DNA from: the human T2T-CHM13v2.0 reference genome, Homo sapiens
Strand: one strand, 5' to 3'
Assembly: GCF_009914755.1 (NCBI RefSeq)
Contig: NC_060940.1
Length of the DNA: 64,000 nt
Both the position numbers and the translations under genes were made by a program. The notes beneath the pieces were generated by a model, which saw only the letters and a program-made list of their open reading frames with translations, searched no databases and was not told the origin of the DNA. Positions 33,301 to 46,869 of the stretch are shown one piece after another (the first letter of the stretch is position 1; each line of letters begins with the position of its first letter).

Positions 33301-36300
33301 CAGTTTAGTGTTTGCCAAGGTTGGCGGACATTCCTTTGTGATTTTGTCAAAAAAGTTAAGGGAACCGATGTGGGAAATTGAATGCCAGCTATTCGTAAAG
33401 GGTAAGCATTAGGTGTATAACTTGAACACCATATATTATTTGTGCAAATTGAGTGTTCTGGGGCACTGTTCTTGCATAGTGAGTGCTCTCAGGCATGGCA
33501 CTTGGAAAGTCAGACATACTCTTCCCTCCCAAGGGACTCATAGTTAAATGGGGGTATTACAATTATGATACACCATTGAACAAAGCACATTGCTTAGAGA
33601 GGTTTATGTCTTGTCCTGTGTTTGGACGGAGGAAGAGACGCCATCATGGGGGTGGGGAGTTTCAGGAAGGACTTCTTTGTAGGAGACAGGCATCTGGATG
33701 GAGAGGTAGGATGGAGACTGATGGAGATGAGGGTGGCAGGTCGGAGGTGGGAATGAGCAGAGGGAACAGTGAGCAAAGGGACAGGCCAGAGCGGCTGGGC
33801 ACATTCCGGGAGTCTGTGCAGTTTTTATGGGGTGGACACCGTAAGACGGCATAGGAATTAAAGATAGAGGTGGGTTTGCCTCCTAGAGCAGAGTCTACCA
33901 GTGTGGGGTGATTAATGCTGGGTAAACCCATGCACCCTGGGGCGGGTGGTGCTTTACGATGCAGAGAGACTAAGGACTGGCCGGCCAGCCGGGAGCCCGG
34001 GATGTCACAGATTGGAAGGCTTAGGAGTGCAGGGATCTCCGAGTCGCCAGGACCAGGCAGTTAGTCACAGTAGTGACCGTGCAGCGGCCACTCGTGTGAT
34101 TAGTGTGTTTCCTCTTGCCAGGGGCTATGCTATGCAGGTTTTATCAGTGATCCGTACAACCCAGTTAGATACTGTTACTCTCTCCATTTTACCGATGGGG
34201 ACACTGAGGCACTGCCCCTCAACAGACATAGTTTGGATGAATGAACAGCTTGCCTAGTTGGGAGGTCCGTCCTGTTGGAAGGGGAGAGGGACCCACGGAG
34301 AGGGAGGCGCAAGCCCAGATCTCTACCCCTCCACTTCCTTGTAACCCCACGGGCCTCTGGCCCTCTGCGTAAGTGCGAGTTCTACCACTCCCCTGCTGCA
34401 GGGCTCTGTCCGTACTGAAAGCAGGGGATTGCGTACATGGTGTCTCCAACACATGGCCCAGCTGTGGTGCACACAGCCTTTCTCGGTGTGCACACAGGCC
34501 CTAGGATTCCGAGCCCACCCCTGTGGCCTGTGAAGAGTGGTGGTAATGGCGTCAGGCTGCTGGGCTCAGCCTGGTGAGCTCCTGGTGGGCTTTCCACTAG
34601 AGACCCCTGCTACTCCAAATCCCAGGCCTGAGCTGTGGCTCACAGGACCCCTTTCTTGAACCTTCCCTTCAGGGAGGCCTGGTGGGAAGGCCCTGCCTAG
34701 GCCTGTGCTGTCTCGAAGGTGATCCCATCAGGCTGGACCTCAGGGCCAGGGACACAGTTGGGCACCTTGTAGGCGACGCAGGAGTGGCACTCTGCCTCTT
34801 GTCTGCAGTGGGGGAAGTGCAGTGGGGTCTCAGCTGGCAGGTTACAGGGGCAGGTCTGCCCATTGGAAAGGGGAATGATGACTTGTTGACATCTGTTTGT
34901 CGCCCTGGTTGGTTCATGTTTCACGACCCTGTGACTGAGGCTTGCTTCAGGGTAGGAAAATGGAAGAGCTCGAACTGTCCCAGCAGGCTGGTGGCAACTG
35001 AGCTCGGGGAGTCCCAGCAGGGCCAGACAGAGCCCAGAGCCAGATGATAGTCATGTCCAAGGTGAGTGGAGGGGACCGCGGGGTAATCATGACCATTTCC
35101 TCCAGTCATTCTCAGACCTTTAGGCGTGTGCGCATTTCGTCCTCTCATCAGCCCCGTGAGGCGTTAGCAGGGGAAATGGAGACCTCAAGAGTTCAAGGTT
35201 ACACAGCTGGAACCCAGGCAGCCTAACTCCAGAGCCAGTGGCCTCCAGATGTCACGACGAGTCCCTGGTGGGGTGTGAGCACAGGAACCCTGGCAGCAAG
35301 GGCCGAATCACCAGCAAGGCAACAGTAAGGATAGTGAGCACTTACCCAGAACCTGTTTTATGCCAGACACTACTTGAGCCCTTTGTGCAGATGTACATTC
35401 ATCTAATCCTCACGATGCCCCTGCGAGGTGGTGCTGTCATTGTCCCCCTTATACAGATGAGCAAACTGAGGCCCGGAGAGGAGAGGTCCCTACTTACCCA
35501 GCTTGTAATTGTGGAGCGAGGATTTGACCCCAGGCTGTCTGGCTCCAGAGTATCACTGCCTGTGGCTGGTAAGCAGAGTTTTGGGGCTGCAAAGCAGAAT
35601 GTCAGAAAGGCCCACAGTGGCCAGGCTGGCTGTGAGCTGAGAGGAGGGCCTTGTGGAAGGGAGAGCGTGTGGACAGAGCAGAAGGGTCTACCCTGACTGC
35701 ACTGGGGCCCCTTCCGGGAGCTTCCTGGGCCAGCTTCCTGCAGACCCATCTCCGGAGGAGCCGTGGCAGAGGATCGCTTCTCACCTGCCCTCGTTGAACC
35801 TGGGGTGGTCACCTCAGCCTCCTCGCCTGAGACCACCTGACCCTGCAGAGCGCTCTGTCACAGCCGGTGGTGAGGACTGGATCACAGTGAGCACGAAGTT
35901 CAAAGTCTACTGTGGAGCGAGCCTCCCGCCCTGTCTGGCTTCTGGCCTCAGCTTCCCCATGCCTCTGACCTTTGGCACACGCCTCTTCTTTCTGCTTGGA
36001 ACCCCTCCGACCCCCCCGCCAGTCAGTGGTTTTCCAGGGCTACCTTCCCCAGTTGGAGCCAGGGCTTGCTCCCCTGTGGCGCGGCACCACCCCAGCTGGG
36101 CAGCCAGGTCGCCTTTGCCTCTTGCCTTCTCCACTCCACATTTACCTCCCCTCTCTTGTAAAAGCAAAACTGAAGCCATCATACAGGGCTGACGACAATC
36201 TTACAAAATCAAGAAGAAAAAAATCCTCCCAGAATCCCACCACCTGGAAATCACCCGTATTAACCATGTGGGGTGGAGCCATCTACCCTTTCTCCTAAAT

Positions 36301-37769
36301 GAGTGCGTGTGACATAGGTACACAGGGAGCAGGAGGAGCTTTTATTCTAGGTTGGCCTCCACCTGCCAGGTGCTGGCCCACTGCTCCCCACAGTTGTAAC
36401 AACCCGTGATACGTAACAAGCAGGCTCTGCCACATGTCCCCGGGGGGCCACATTACCCCTGGTTGAGAACTGCTGTGTTCATTCATTTAATCATCACACC
36501 TACCTCGTGAGGTCCCATTTTCTGGAGCAGGCAGGGGCTGCCCGGGCTGGCATGTGACAGAGCTGGGAACTCCTGCACCGTCCCACAGTCACCTCGTCTC
36601 TTCAGAACTGGCCCACAGGAGGTCTGAAAAACAATGTGGGGGCCTTAGGAGCCCTGTCCCCATGTCTGGCATGGTGTGGGGCCAAGAGCCGGTGGGCCAC
36701 GGCACCCCAGGCCCCCAGAAGGAAATCCCAGCTGGCCTGGGCGTTGGCAAGCTCCCCCCTACCTTTGATCCCTCCCGACTGACCTCCCCCTCGCTGTCCC
36801 TGCCTTCGCCCTGATGACTCAGGACTTCAGAGATCTGGGTTGTTGAAAAGGGGAATTACATCATGCCAATAAGAGAGAGGGGGAGAAATTAGCATTAGAA
36901 AGTTTTGGCGTAAGGAAAAATGACTTCAAAACCTGCTTCTTGTGCCCTGTCTGAATTGAAGCAGGTTTTTGGGGGAGATGAGGAAGTGGGGAGGAGAGGG
37001 GATAGGGACCCTGGCTTCTCACCTCTTCTAAAGAGGCCTTCATCTGTTTGACCCCAGACCCATCCACGGCTGGGCAGTGGGTCCCTCTCCTTTTTATAGC
37101 TGAACCCCATCACCTGGAAGGCTATTAAAAAGCAAGGTTCTGGAGTTGGCATGCAGGTTCTACCCGCAGGCTTGGTGAAGGGGGGTAGGGGTCAGGGAGC
37201 ACTGCAAAGACGAACAGTCTGGGGTTCTTCTGTTGCCCCCAGTGGTAAGCAGGGCACCCTCTCTGGGCCAGCACAGCCCTGGCTGGGGGCATGACTAGAG
37301 GAGGGGATCCCGGCTGATCTCAGTCCCACTGGCCTCCACTGGGTGCTCCTGCGTAGGGCCCTCCCTGCTCAGCCATTCTGGGAAGCTTTGCTTGAAGGGG
37401 ATCAGGAAGGAGGAAACCCCCTGCCTCCACTTTGAAACCCGCACACTGTTTCCCCATTACGTCTTGCAGGGAGGTGGAGGCGTTAAATCCCCTGCCTGCC
37501 CAGGTCAGTCCTTCCCTAAAACAGGACAGTGATCGGGCAGGGTGATTAGGAGGGCTGGCCAGGCTTTTTGATCCAGACATTTCATATGAGGCCATTTAAC
37601 CAGTGGTGTGATCCAGCTCTCAGTTTCCTCATCTGAAAGCTGGGGATATAAGAGTAGCCACTCCCTAGGATAAAGGGGAGAATACATGGAATTCTGAGAA
37701 TAAAGGAGAGAATACATGGAAAGTACTTAGTAGAGTGTGGACACGTGGCATGTGCTCAACAGATGTTTG

Positions 37770-37912
37770 CTACCATCATCATCATCATCATGACCCCTAC
37801 CATTACTGTCATCTCCGCTGTCACCATCACTGTCACCATCACCGTCACCGTCACCATCACCATCACCATCACCATCACTGTCACCGTCACCGTCACCATC
37901 ACTGTCATTACT
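37770..37912. repeat. (CAT)n/(CACCAT/CACCGT)n simple repeat at a MIR tail
   Basis: Read directly; MIR core ctcagtttcctcatctg at about 37619. Confidence 0.9.
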
Positions 37913-38155
37913 GTGGCTACCGCTTCTCTTGTGTTGGGTTTGCCACCTGTATACCTTCCTGCTTCCTGCAGGACTGTGAGCTTGAAGGCAGGGTTTGGGT
38001 CCGTTTTTCCAGGAATACCCGATGTCAATAAAGGCCTTTGTCTGTTGCATGGTGGGGGACCTTGGCATCCAGGCTGTGAAGGGACAGGAAAGTCTCACAG
38101 TTTTCTTGGAAACCTTCTGGTGACCTTGGAGTCAAGGGAAGCTCTTCTTGGGTGT

Positions 38156-38232
38156 GCCCGTGGCCCTGTGCTGTGACCCTGCGCTGTGACCCCGTGCCGT
38201 GACCCTGCTCCGTGACCTCGCTCCGTGACCTC
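38156..38232. repeat. 13-bp tandem repeat x6 (consensus ~CCGTGACCCTGCT)
   Basis: GTG(A/G)CC recurs at 38160, 38173, 38186, 38199, 38212 and 38225. Confidence 0.85.
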
Positions 38233-40202
38233 AGGCACCATTATTTGGAATGGGCTCTCAGCCCCTGTCCTAACCCCAGCCACCAAGCTCCCAACCCAAG
38301 CAAGATGGAAACCCGCCGTTGGGAGGATTAAGATATTATTGGTGGTTTTCACCTCAGCTTTCAGCAGCAGTGCTTGGGAAATAAGATTTTGATCTCGGAA
38401 AATATGATTTAAAAACAGAATTGAAAGTCGCTTTTATTTTCTAAACGATATTGCCCCTGACGCATGCACTGCCTCTGACTGGTGGCCTCCGGTCTGAGCA
38501 CACCCGTGGGGTAAACTGCGTAGCAATTCCAGGGGTGTGCTCTCTGGATTTTATAGACTTCCACCCCAAGCAGGCCCTGCCTTTGATCCCCCACTCGGGT
38601 CTGCAGTGACAGAGCACCTGCTTTAGACCAAGCCCAGGAGGCTGCTGCTTCTTTGGGGAATTGTCTTAGCCTTTCCCACTCTTAGGAGGTGGCCTTGTCA
38701 GATGCCAGCTGAAGGGGTCTTCTTCCTCCGAGCCCTGCTGGGCTCACCTTTGAATGCCACAAACCAAACCCATGGACCAAGGGGACTTTGGCCACATCCC
38801 AGTGTCCCCTCCAGTGGGGAAGGGAAGTTCCTTTCCTTCCTGTTGTGTGAGGGCTAGGGGCACTGAGTCCCCACAAGGCCTCACCATGGAGGCTCTGAGA
38901 GGTGAGGTTTGGCTCCCCTGGCCACCCCAGAGTCAACACAGGGCCTGTGTGTTTTTCTTTGCCTCTGGGCCCATGTTCTATTCTTTCCAGCCTTTGCCTT
39001 GGAAACCCCACCCTCCATTCTTTTCTGCTCCCCTGCCTTCTGGGTGGGTCTGGCCAGTGGAGAGCCTGGGGGAGATGGAGGATGGGAGGAGGGTGAGTGG
39101 GCTATTTATTCCCTCCTCCCTTTTCCTTCGGGTTGCCAGCGGTTGCCATGGGTGGGTGGCGTCCCTCAGCCACTCCTGCAGTCATGTCACTCCCTCTACC
39201 CAGGTTTTTCTGTAACTGCTCCTTCCCCTGCAGTGTCAGGCCCAGGGATAGAAATACATGGGGGAGAAATGAAGTGACTGCTGTCCTGGTTTGCCCAGGA
39301 CTGTCCCAGGTTTTTGCAGTGAAAGTCCTGTGGCCCAGGAAGCCCCTCAGTCCTGGGCACACTTGGACGGCTGGTCACCCTAGGTAGAAAAACCATCTTT
39401 TGTGCTTCCCCTGTACGCTGCCCATGCCTTAATATATTGTCCTTTTGTGAAAATTTCCTCTGCCATCTGTTTCCTCCCAGGACCCTGGCTGATGCACCAG
39501 GAGCTTGAGGAGATGGAGTGGTGTTCAGAGCCTCTTCCCTTTAGAGTTCAGAGCAACCAAATGGGCATCATGCTGAACGTGGGAGAAACAAAAGAATCTC
39601 TTGCACTTGGACTCTTTTCTGAAAATTTGCCCCCTGCAAAGCAAAATGGTGGTGGTGATGATGACGGTGATGATGGTAGTGGCCATTTCTTTGCCTACCC
39701 ACTGTGGCCTTGTTGTGAAGAACTTTGATGCCCTGTTGTATGTGATCGTTATGACAATCCTGTGAAGTTTTTCAATGATGAAGGAAACTGAGGCTTAGAG
39801 AGTTGGAGTAATCTGTGAAGGCTCAGGATGGGCAAGAGGTCCCGCCCAGGTTTGAGCCCAGATGCGAGGTTACCACGCTTCCTGGTGAGGTGTTTTACAA
39901 CTAAGGCCAAGCCAGGCAAAACCCATTGTTCTGCAGCTTCTGGCTTGGATTGGGTGTCTTGTTGAGTATGTGGGCAGTGGATCTGATGTTTTCCACTTCC
40001 TCCCATGTGGCAGGGCTGTGTGCATGGAGCATGAGGGGCTGGCTGGGCAGACAGCCTTGATTTGACTGAATTCAGCCATGGCCCATGTTGGAAAATGTTA
40101 GCCTATTTTTCCTTCTCCATTTGCCCCTTCCCCCTTTTTTTGTTTTTATAATTAGAATCAGAGCCAGCCATAGTTGGAAGAGAACTTGAAGTTCATCTAG
40201 TT

Positions 40203-40369
40203 CTGGGATGGCAAATAAGTGACACATGTGCTGCCACTCCTCATTGCCTTGACCGTGGTAGACATTGCTAATCAACCCTAGCGTAATTAGTCTTCCCAGT
40301 GAGCTCAGAGACAGCCACTAATAATCAATTGTTGTTGGCATGCAACGGGGACCCTATTTGCCATTCTTG
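40203..40369. mobile_element. Small hAT MITE (MER117-like) inside a MIR
   Basis: Terminal inverted repeats gggatggcaaata / tatttgccattc; internal gtagacattgctaatc and cagccacta. Confidence 0.65.
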
Positions 40370-43313
40370 ATGTAGCCCAGCTTCTTTCACTGCATAGATT
40401 AGGAACTTAAGGCCCAGAGTCGTTAAATGACCCTCAAGGGAGCCAGTGGGATTTTTTTGAAGCCTTCTCCACACCAGGGTGTTCGCTCTTAAGAGATGAT
40501 TTTGGGTTAAACAAAGTGTGGTATAGAGGAAAGCACCTGGGTTTGCAAAGCAGTGCCTGGATCTGGGTTCACATCCCAGCAATGCCTCTTGTTGCTTGTA
40601 ACTCTGGGTAGATCACATGAGTTCTCTGACCCTCATCTTGGAAACTGAAATTCCCATCCCTACATCCCAGGATTGTGAGAGTAAATGACATGGTATATTT
40701 ATCCAACATTCAGCAGTATGTGCTGGGCACCGTTCTAGGCATTGCGTGTTGCGGTGAGCTGCATAGGCAGTTCTCATGGAGCTGGCTGCCCTCATAAAGA
40801 TGAGGCTAGTTTTCTTCCTCTTTCCTTCTCGGAAACCCATGGAACTGTGTTGTCATCATTATCTTTTACTTCTCTTCTGTCATATCCACTTAAATTTTGG
40901 TCCATTTCTGCATCCCATGACTTGCTTTGGGAAGTGATTTATTTTTTCTTTCATTCCTGGTCTCATTTCCATTCTTGTGTCTGGGTGGATGGTCAGTGAG
41001 TCCTTTGTCACAGTCACCAAAAATCAAAATGACAGACTATTCCCTGCTGAATGGATGTTCTGGGGTACTGGGTCTAGATTTGGGAATGACATACTCCCTT
41101 TGAAAATGTGCTGAAAGCTATGGATCCTTGGGCTGGCAAAATGGTAAGACAGAGCAGGGCTTATAAAACTTAGCAACTATGTGTTTTTTAGCATCCATAA
41201 TATAGGCATTCTTAGGGATTCATGGACACCTCCCTCTCTAGGGCAATAAACCAGGCTAGGGGGTCAGTGACGCTTCCCCAGCAGGAAATGGAGCTTTGCA
41301 CAGAAATAAACATGTAAGTGATAAAAAAAAAAATGTTTCATTAAGTAGAAAGATCAAGGTTTTTATTCAGAGTTTTGCTCCTTTGGCCAGGTAAGTGTGG
41401 GGCTGGTCCCTGCAGCGTTTTCTGTACTTGCTTGAGCTGTGTTTAGTCTTCTTGGTTATGGTGAAATATTTTTTCTTTTATCCCAGTCTGGAGTTTCAAG
41501 GTTGGCACTTCTTGCCCCTAAAATGTTTGTTTTAAGATTTAGAGCAGTTCTTCACTCTCTGATAAGGTGTAGTGCATCACTGGAGCTGCGTTGTGATTGA
41601 GTCCGAGGGCTGTTCTGCTGGAATCAGGCAGATGGTGGCTCACTGCTCAGCTTTGCCCTGGCTCTCAGTGTGACCTTGGGCTGCCTCACCTCCCTGACCT
41701 GTAAAGCAGAGGGACAGAGTGACCACAAACCCTTGATGACCAACGATTAAAGAATACTAAGCATGAGAAAATATGCCCAGGGAGTATCCACAGAGGCAAA
41801 GGCAGTCTTGGCATTTGAACGCCTGGAATTTGGGAAGTATGGATCCTTTACTGAGTCTCTATCATGGAGGCTACCTGGCAAATTCAGCTGATGTGAATGG
41901 AGCAGTGGACGATGAGTGCAGGTCTAATGGGCTCCTTCCTTCTGGATACCAAGGACTTCACCTTCAGCAATGGTAAGCAAGCACCACTAAGAGAAGCTGA
42001 GGGTTTTCCTTGGTTGTTAACATTTTAAGGACCCCAATAAACAAGTTTCCTCATTGTCTTTGTTTCTCCCCAGGTTGGCTGGCCCCGATCTTTAGCCACA
42101 CCCTAGAGCAAAACGTCACTTAAATGACTAGAGAGGGACAGAGTTCCTTGGGGCCATTTCAGATTTAGACATGGAATTTTTCTGGGATAATTCCTTTGCC
42201 ACTGAATTTTGCATTTGCATGTTCTAAAGCCAAAAAAAGGAGTTGAACTTTCCCTTTTGTTTGCTTCATTACTCCCACTACGTTTGGCGGGACGGCGGTT
42301 GTGGTTTTTATTCTCAGATTTGTTTTTATGAGCGTGCTGTGCGCATGGAGTCCTCTCTCCTCCCTGAGGATTTTGTAGGACGATTCAAGCCGGCTCTCTG
42401 CCCAGCTGGGTACCGATTGCCAGGGCTGGACCGGGTGAAATAATGGAACCTGCCATTTCTCAGGCACCTATGATGTGCCAGGCACTTATTCAGCCCCCTG
42501 GGTGGGCAGTGTCCCCGTGTTACAAGAGAGGGGACAGGTACCCCAGGCCCTTGGCCTCCAGGGTCACATGGCTGTGGGTTGTGGAGCTGCGATGCAAACC
42601 CAGGTCAGGCCGACTCGAGCTCGTGTGTCTTTTCCTAGGCTCCACTGCTTTTCCTGAGACCTCAGGGGACTTCCCAGGTGTCCTTTATGTGCCCACTCTT
42701 GTATGGTTCCACCTAAGGAAAAATGAAGTAGGTGTTGGTTGGACAACAAGGCAGGCCTTGGAGAGTTCTCCTTCATTTCTCCTGCCCCTCAGCCTCCTTG
42801 CCAAGCTTGAGTGCAGCCAGGATTTTCCTAGTCCCTTGAGTTACCTGGCCGGGGTGGCTTTTTCCAGGCAGCCAGCTCAGGGAAGAAGCTAGGGCTCCAT
42901 CCACCTCACCTTTGTGATCTTCTGAGGGAGCCGCAGCCAGTGTGTAAGGGAAGCAGGGGTAGAGACAGTAGCTTTGTCATTAGTCTCCGCATTTCACAGG
43001 TGAGAAAAGGAGTCTCCCAGGGGAAGTGGCGTGGGCACAGTGAGAGGTGGCTGGCTAAGCCAGAGCTCTTCCTAGTGCCAGCACCTTCCTAGAATTAGCT
43101 GTGAGACTGAAGAGAGGAAAGATGACATCTGGTCACAGGCTCCACATCTGGTCCGATGGGGCAGATGCCTTGATTTCACAGTTGGCGAAACTGAGGCCCA
43201 GGTAGAGAGACTGCCCCAGTCGCTGTCCCTACCCCGGTACAGCATGCTGTTTTCTCACTTTGTCTATTTGATGATGCAACCAGGAAAATCTTGATCAGGG
43301 AAGAGTGAAGGTC

Positions 43314-43347
43314 TCATTCATTCATTCATTCATTCATTCATTCATTC
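43314..43347. repeat. (TTCA)n
   Basis: Read directly from the sequence. Confidence 0.9.
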
Positions 43348-43374
43348 GTTTTGGCAGCTGAAGTTCTGAGGTTT

Positions 43375-43890
43375 TAAAAAAATTTTTTTATTGTGGTAAA
43401 ATATGCATAACACAATACTTATCATTTTATCCATTTGTAAGTGTACAATTCAGTGGCATTAAATACATTCACAGTCACCACTGTCTACACCCAGAACTTT
43501 TTCATCATCCCCAGCACAAACTCTGTACCCATTCTCTCCTCGTCCCAGCCCCTGGTCACTGCTGTTCTACTTGCTGTCTCTATGAGTTTGCCTATTGAAG
43601 TACCTGAGCTAAGTGGAATCATACGGTATTTGTCCTTCTGTGTCTGGCTTATGTCACTTAGTGTGAGGTTTTTACGTTCCCCCCATGTTTAGCACATGCC
43701 AGAATTTCCTTCCTTTTTAAGGCCAAATAATGTTCCATTGACTGGATAGACCACATTTGATTTATCCATTCTTCGGTCGACAGACACTTGAGTTGTTCCC
43801 TTGTTGGCTGTTGTGGGTAACGCTCCTGTGAACATTGGTGCAAGTATTTATTATCGCCCCTGCTTTTGGTTCTTTTGGATATACATCTAC
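43375..43890 (-). mobile_element. L1M (L1MB-like) 3' fragment
   Basis: ttattgtggtaaaatatgcataac...gtacaattcagtggcatt...cctttttaaggccaaataatgttccattg. Confidence 0.8.
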
Positions 43891-44849
43891 GAGCGGACAT
43901 TTATTTTTTAAAGATGTTCACCCCCCTTACCCATTACATAAAGAACTCGGGTTTGTTGTAGCACAGTTAGATAACGCAAATAAACAGAAGAAAACCAAAT
44001 CCACCTAGAATGCCGACAGCCAGAGATGATAATTAACATTTTTGTAGGGTGTTCATTTGCATGTGCCGTTTTTTCCATCCATACTTGATGATGCTGTACC
44101 TGGACAGTCTTTGGTGTTGTGGGCTGGATCTTCATTTAGAAACATATATAAACCAGGCCTGAGGCCCTGCTGTGGAGGGAGGGGATGCCAGCTGGACTTT
44201 CACTACCACCAGGTTGCGTCCTTGATAGGGGCAGGATGCACCCCGTGTCTGACGCTGTGTCCTGCTGTGCTTGCTTCCTTTTCCTGTTCTCTGTCCCCAG
44301 ACTGGACCCCGTACGTTTGTTACCAGTCCCTAACACTCACTGTCCCAAGAAGGCTGCCTCGCACAATGCCTGGTTGTGGTTAGTGCTCAATAAGTATTTG
44401 TTGAATGAGCTAATAAGAAATGATCGATTGAATGAACGAATGAGAGAAATTCCCCAGCGAGCTGACCTTGGGCCTGGCTCAGCTGAACCGTGAGAGGGCC
44501 TCTCTGGCTCGACCATTTCGCCTGTGGTGGTGACTGGGCAGAGTGACCCAGCACGGTGAGCTGTCCTTGCTGTCACCTGTGGGAAAGGCAGGGGTTGTGC
44601 CTGTGGCCCTGGCTCAGACAGCAGGGCCCTGTGAGTTCCCTCGCTCCAGACCTTCGCTCAGGGTCTTCTGGGTGTCAGGTGCCCGGCTGAGGGCTGGGCT
44701 GTGGGGTGAACCAAACACAGCCCCACTAGAACACCTTCGTTCCAGTCGGGGAGACAACCCTTGCAGAGAAGAAGCTGGTAATTTCAGGTGGCAAGAAGTC
44801 GATGATGAAAAATACATCCTTGTCCTTTCCTTTTTCTTTTCTTCTCTCT

Positions 44850-45177
44850 TGTTTTCATTTGTTTTTTTTTTACTTTTTATTTTGTCTTATTTTTTTGAGG
44901 TAGGGTCTCGCCCTGTCACCTAGGCTAGAGTTCAGTGGCACAATCACAGCTTGCTGCAGCCTCAGCTTCCTGGGCTCAAGTGATCCTCCCACCTCAGCCT
45001 CTCGAGTAGCTGGGCCTGCGGGTGTGTGCCACCACATCCAGCTAATTTTTAAATTTTTTGTAGAGATGGGGTTTTGCCATCTTGTCCAGGCTGGTCTTGA
45101 ACTCCTGCGATCAAGTGATCCTCCTGCCTTGGCCTCCCAAAGTGTTGGGATTACAGGCATGAGCCACTAGGCCTGGC
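44850..45177 (-). mobile_element. Alu (AluJ-like)
   Basis: Antisense dimer; ctgggctcaagtgatcctcccacctcagcc. Confidence 0.93.
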
Positions 45178-46269
45178 CTCTTTCCCTTTTTAAAAAAATT
45201 ACTTCATTTGGCTGTTTCTTGGTTGATTGGAGGCCAGGGATGTGCAGTTGCTGTGTTTGAATCTTAGCTCTGCCACTTACTAGTGATGATCTTGGCAATG
45301 GTTTTGAGCTTGGCGAGCCTCAGTTTCCTTGTCTGTGTAACGAAAGATGGGGGTGTGTCTACATCACAGGGTTATCATGAGGCATAACTGAGACATTGCT
45401 CAGGAAGCACTTCTTATTGGTATTACTTACGAACGGGCCATGATTGCATAATGAATCTGATGGCTACATGCTTTTGAAATTACAAAACCAATGCCATCCA
45501 ATTGATTGGTGATCTGCCTGGGATAGGAGCAAGTTAATGCATTGACCATGGGGGGCTTAGCACAGCGCCGTTTCCCTGGGAGACTTGGGCTGAACCGAAT
45601 TTGTTCAGCCAAAGATTCTGCCTCCTCCCTGGGAACTAGGAACAAAAGGGCCTTGCTTGAAAGAGGCTGTTGTTCCTTCACCAAGTTTAGAAAGCCAAAG
45701 TTCAGTTTCTGCAACCAGTTCCAGGAGTTATGTGGCAGGGCTAGACTTTTTCCTTTTTTCTTGTGCCTAATTTTGGGCCAGTTCTTCTGGTTAGATGATT
45801 GAGGTGACCAGAACATACAGGAAAATAAACAGAAACCCCCAAACTGCCCTTTGAAGCTGTCCATCCTCGCTGGGCAGGAACAAGGATCTTCTTGGGCTCT
45901 AGAAGTTTTTTTTAGTTGAGCGAGTTTCCATCCCACCAGGCAAGGGGCTTAGGCGAGGTTGTGTGATGTGGGCCCACGCCCTTGGGCTGGACGTGGACCC
46001 ATGTTTGTCACCGGTCCCTAACACTCACTCTGGGACCTGGGCACATCCCGCAACCAGTCTGAGTGCCCCAGCCTGGTGTTCCCATCCCAGATGAGGCGCT
46101 TGACAACCTTCTGCCCCGTTGGGAAGGTGGGACAAAGCCTGCCTAGTGAGGCAGGGGCTTAACATAGAGCAGCCTCTATAGCAGTGCCCCCAGCAGCGGT
46201 GCCTCTCCCCCTCTGTGAGGCTCCCCTCAGTTTCTCTTTACCCCGTAAAGGCCTCCTGTGAGAAGATGA

Positions 46270-46869
<600 letters not shown>

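Noticed and set aside
37727-38176. Poly-His, Thr-Val and Asp-Gly ORFs
   Set aside because: Frames of one (CACCAT)n simple repeat at a MIR tail; no exon structure.
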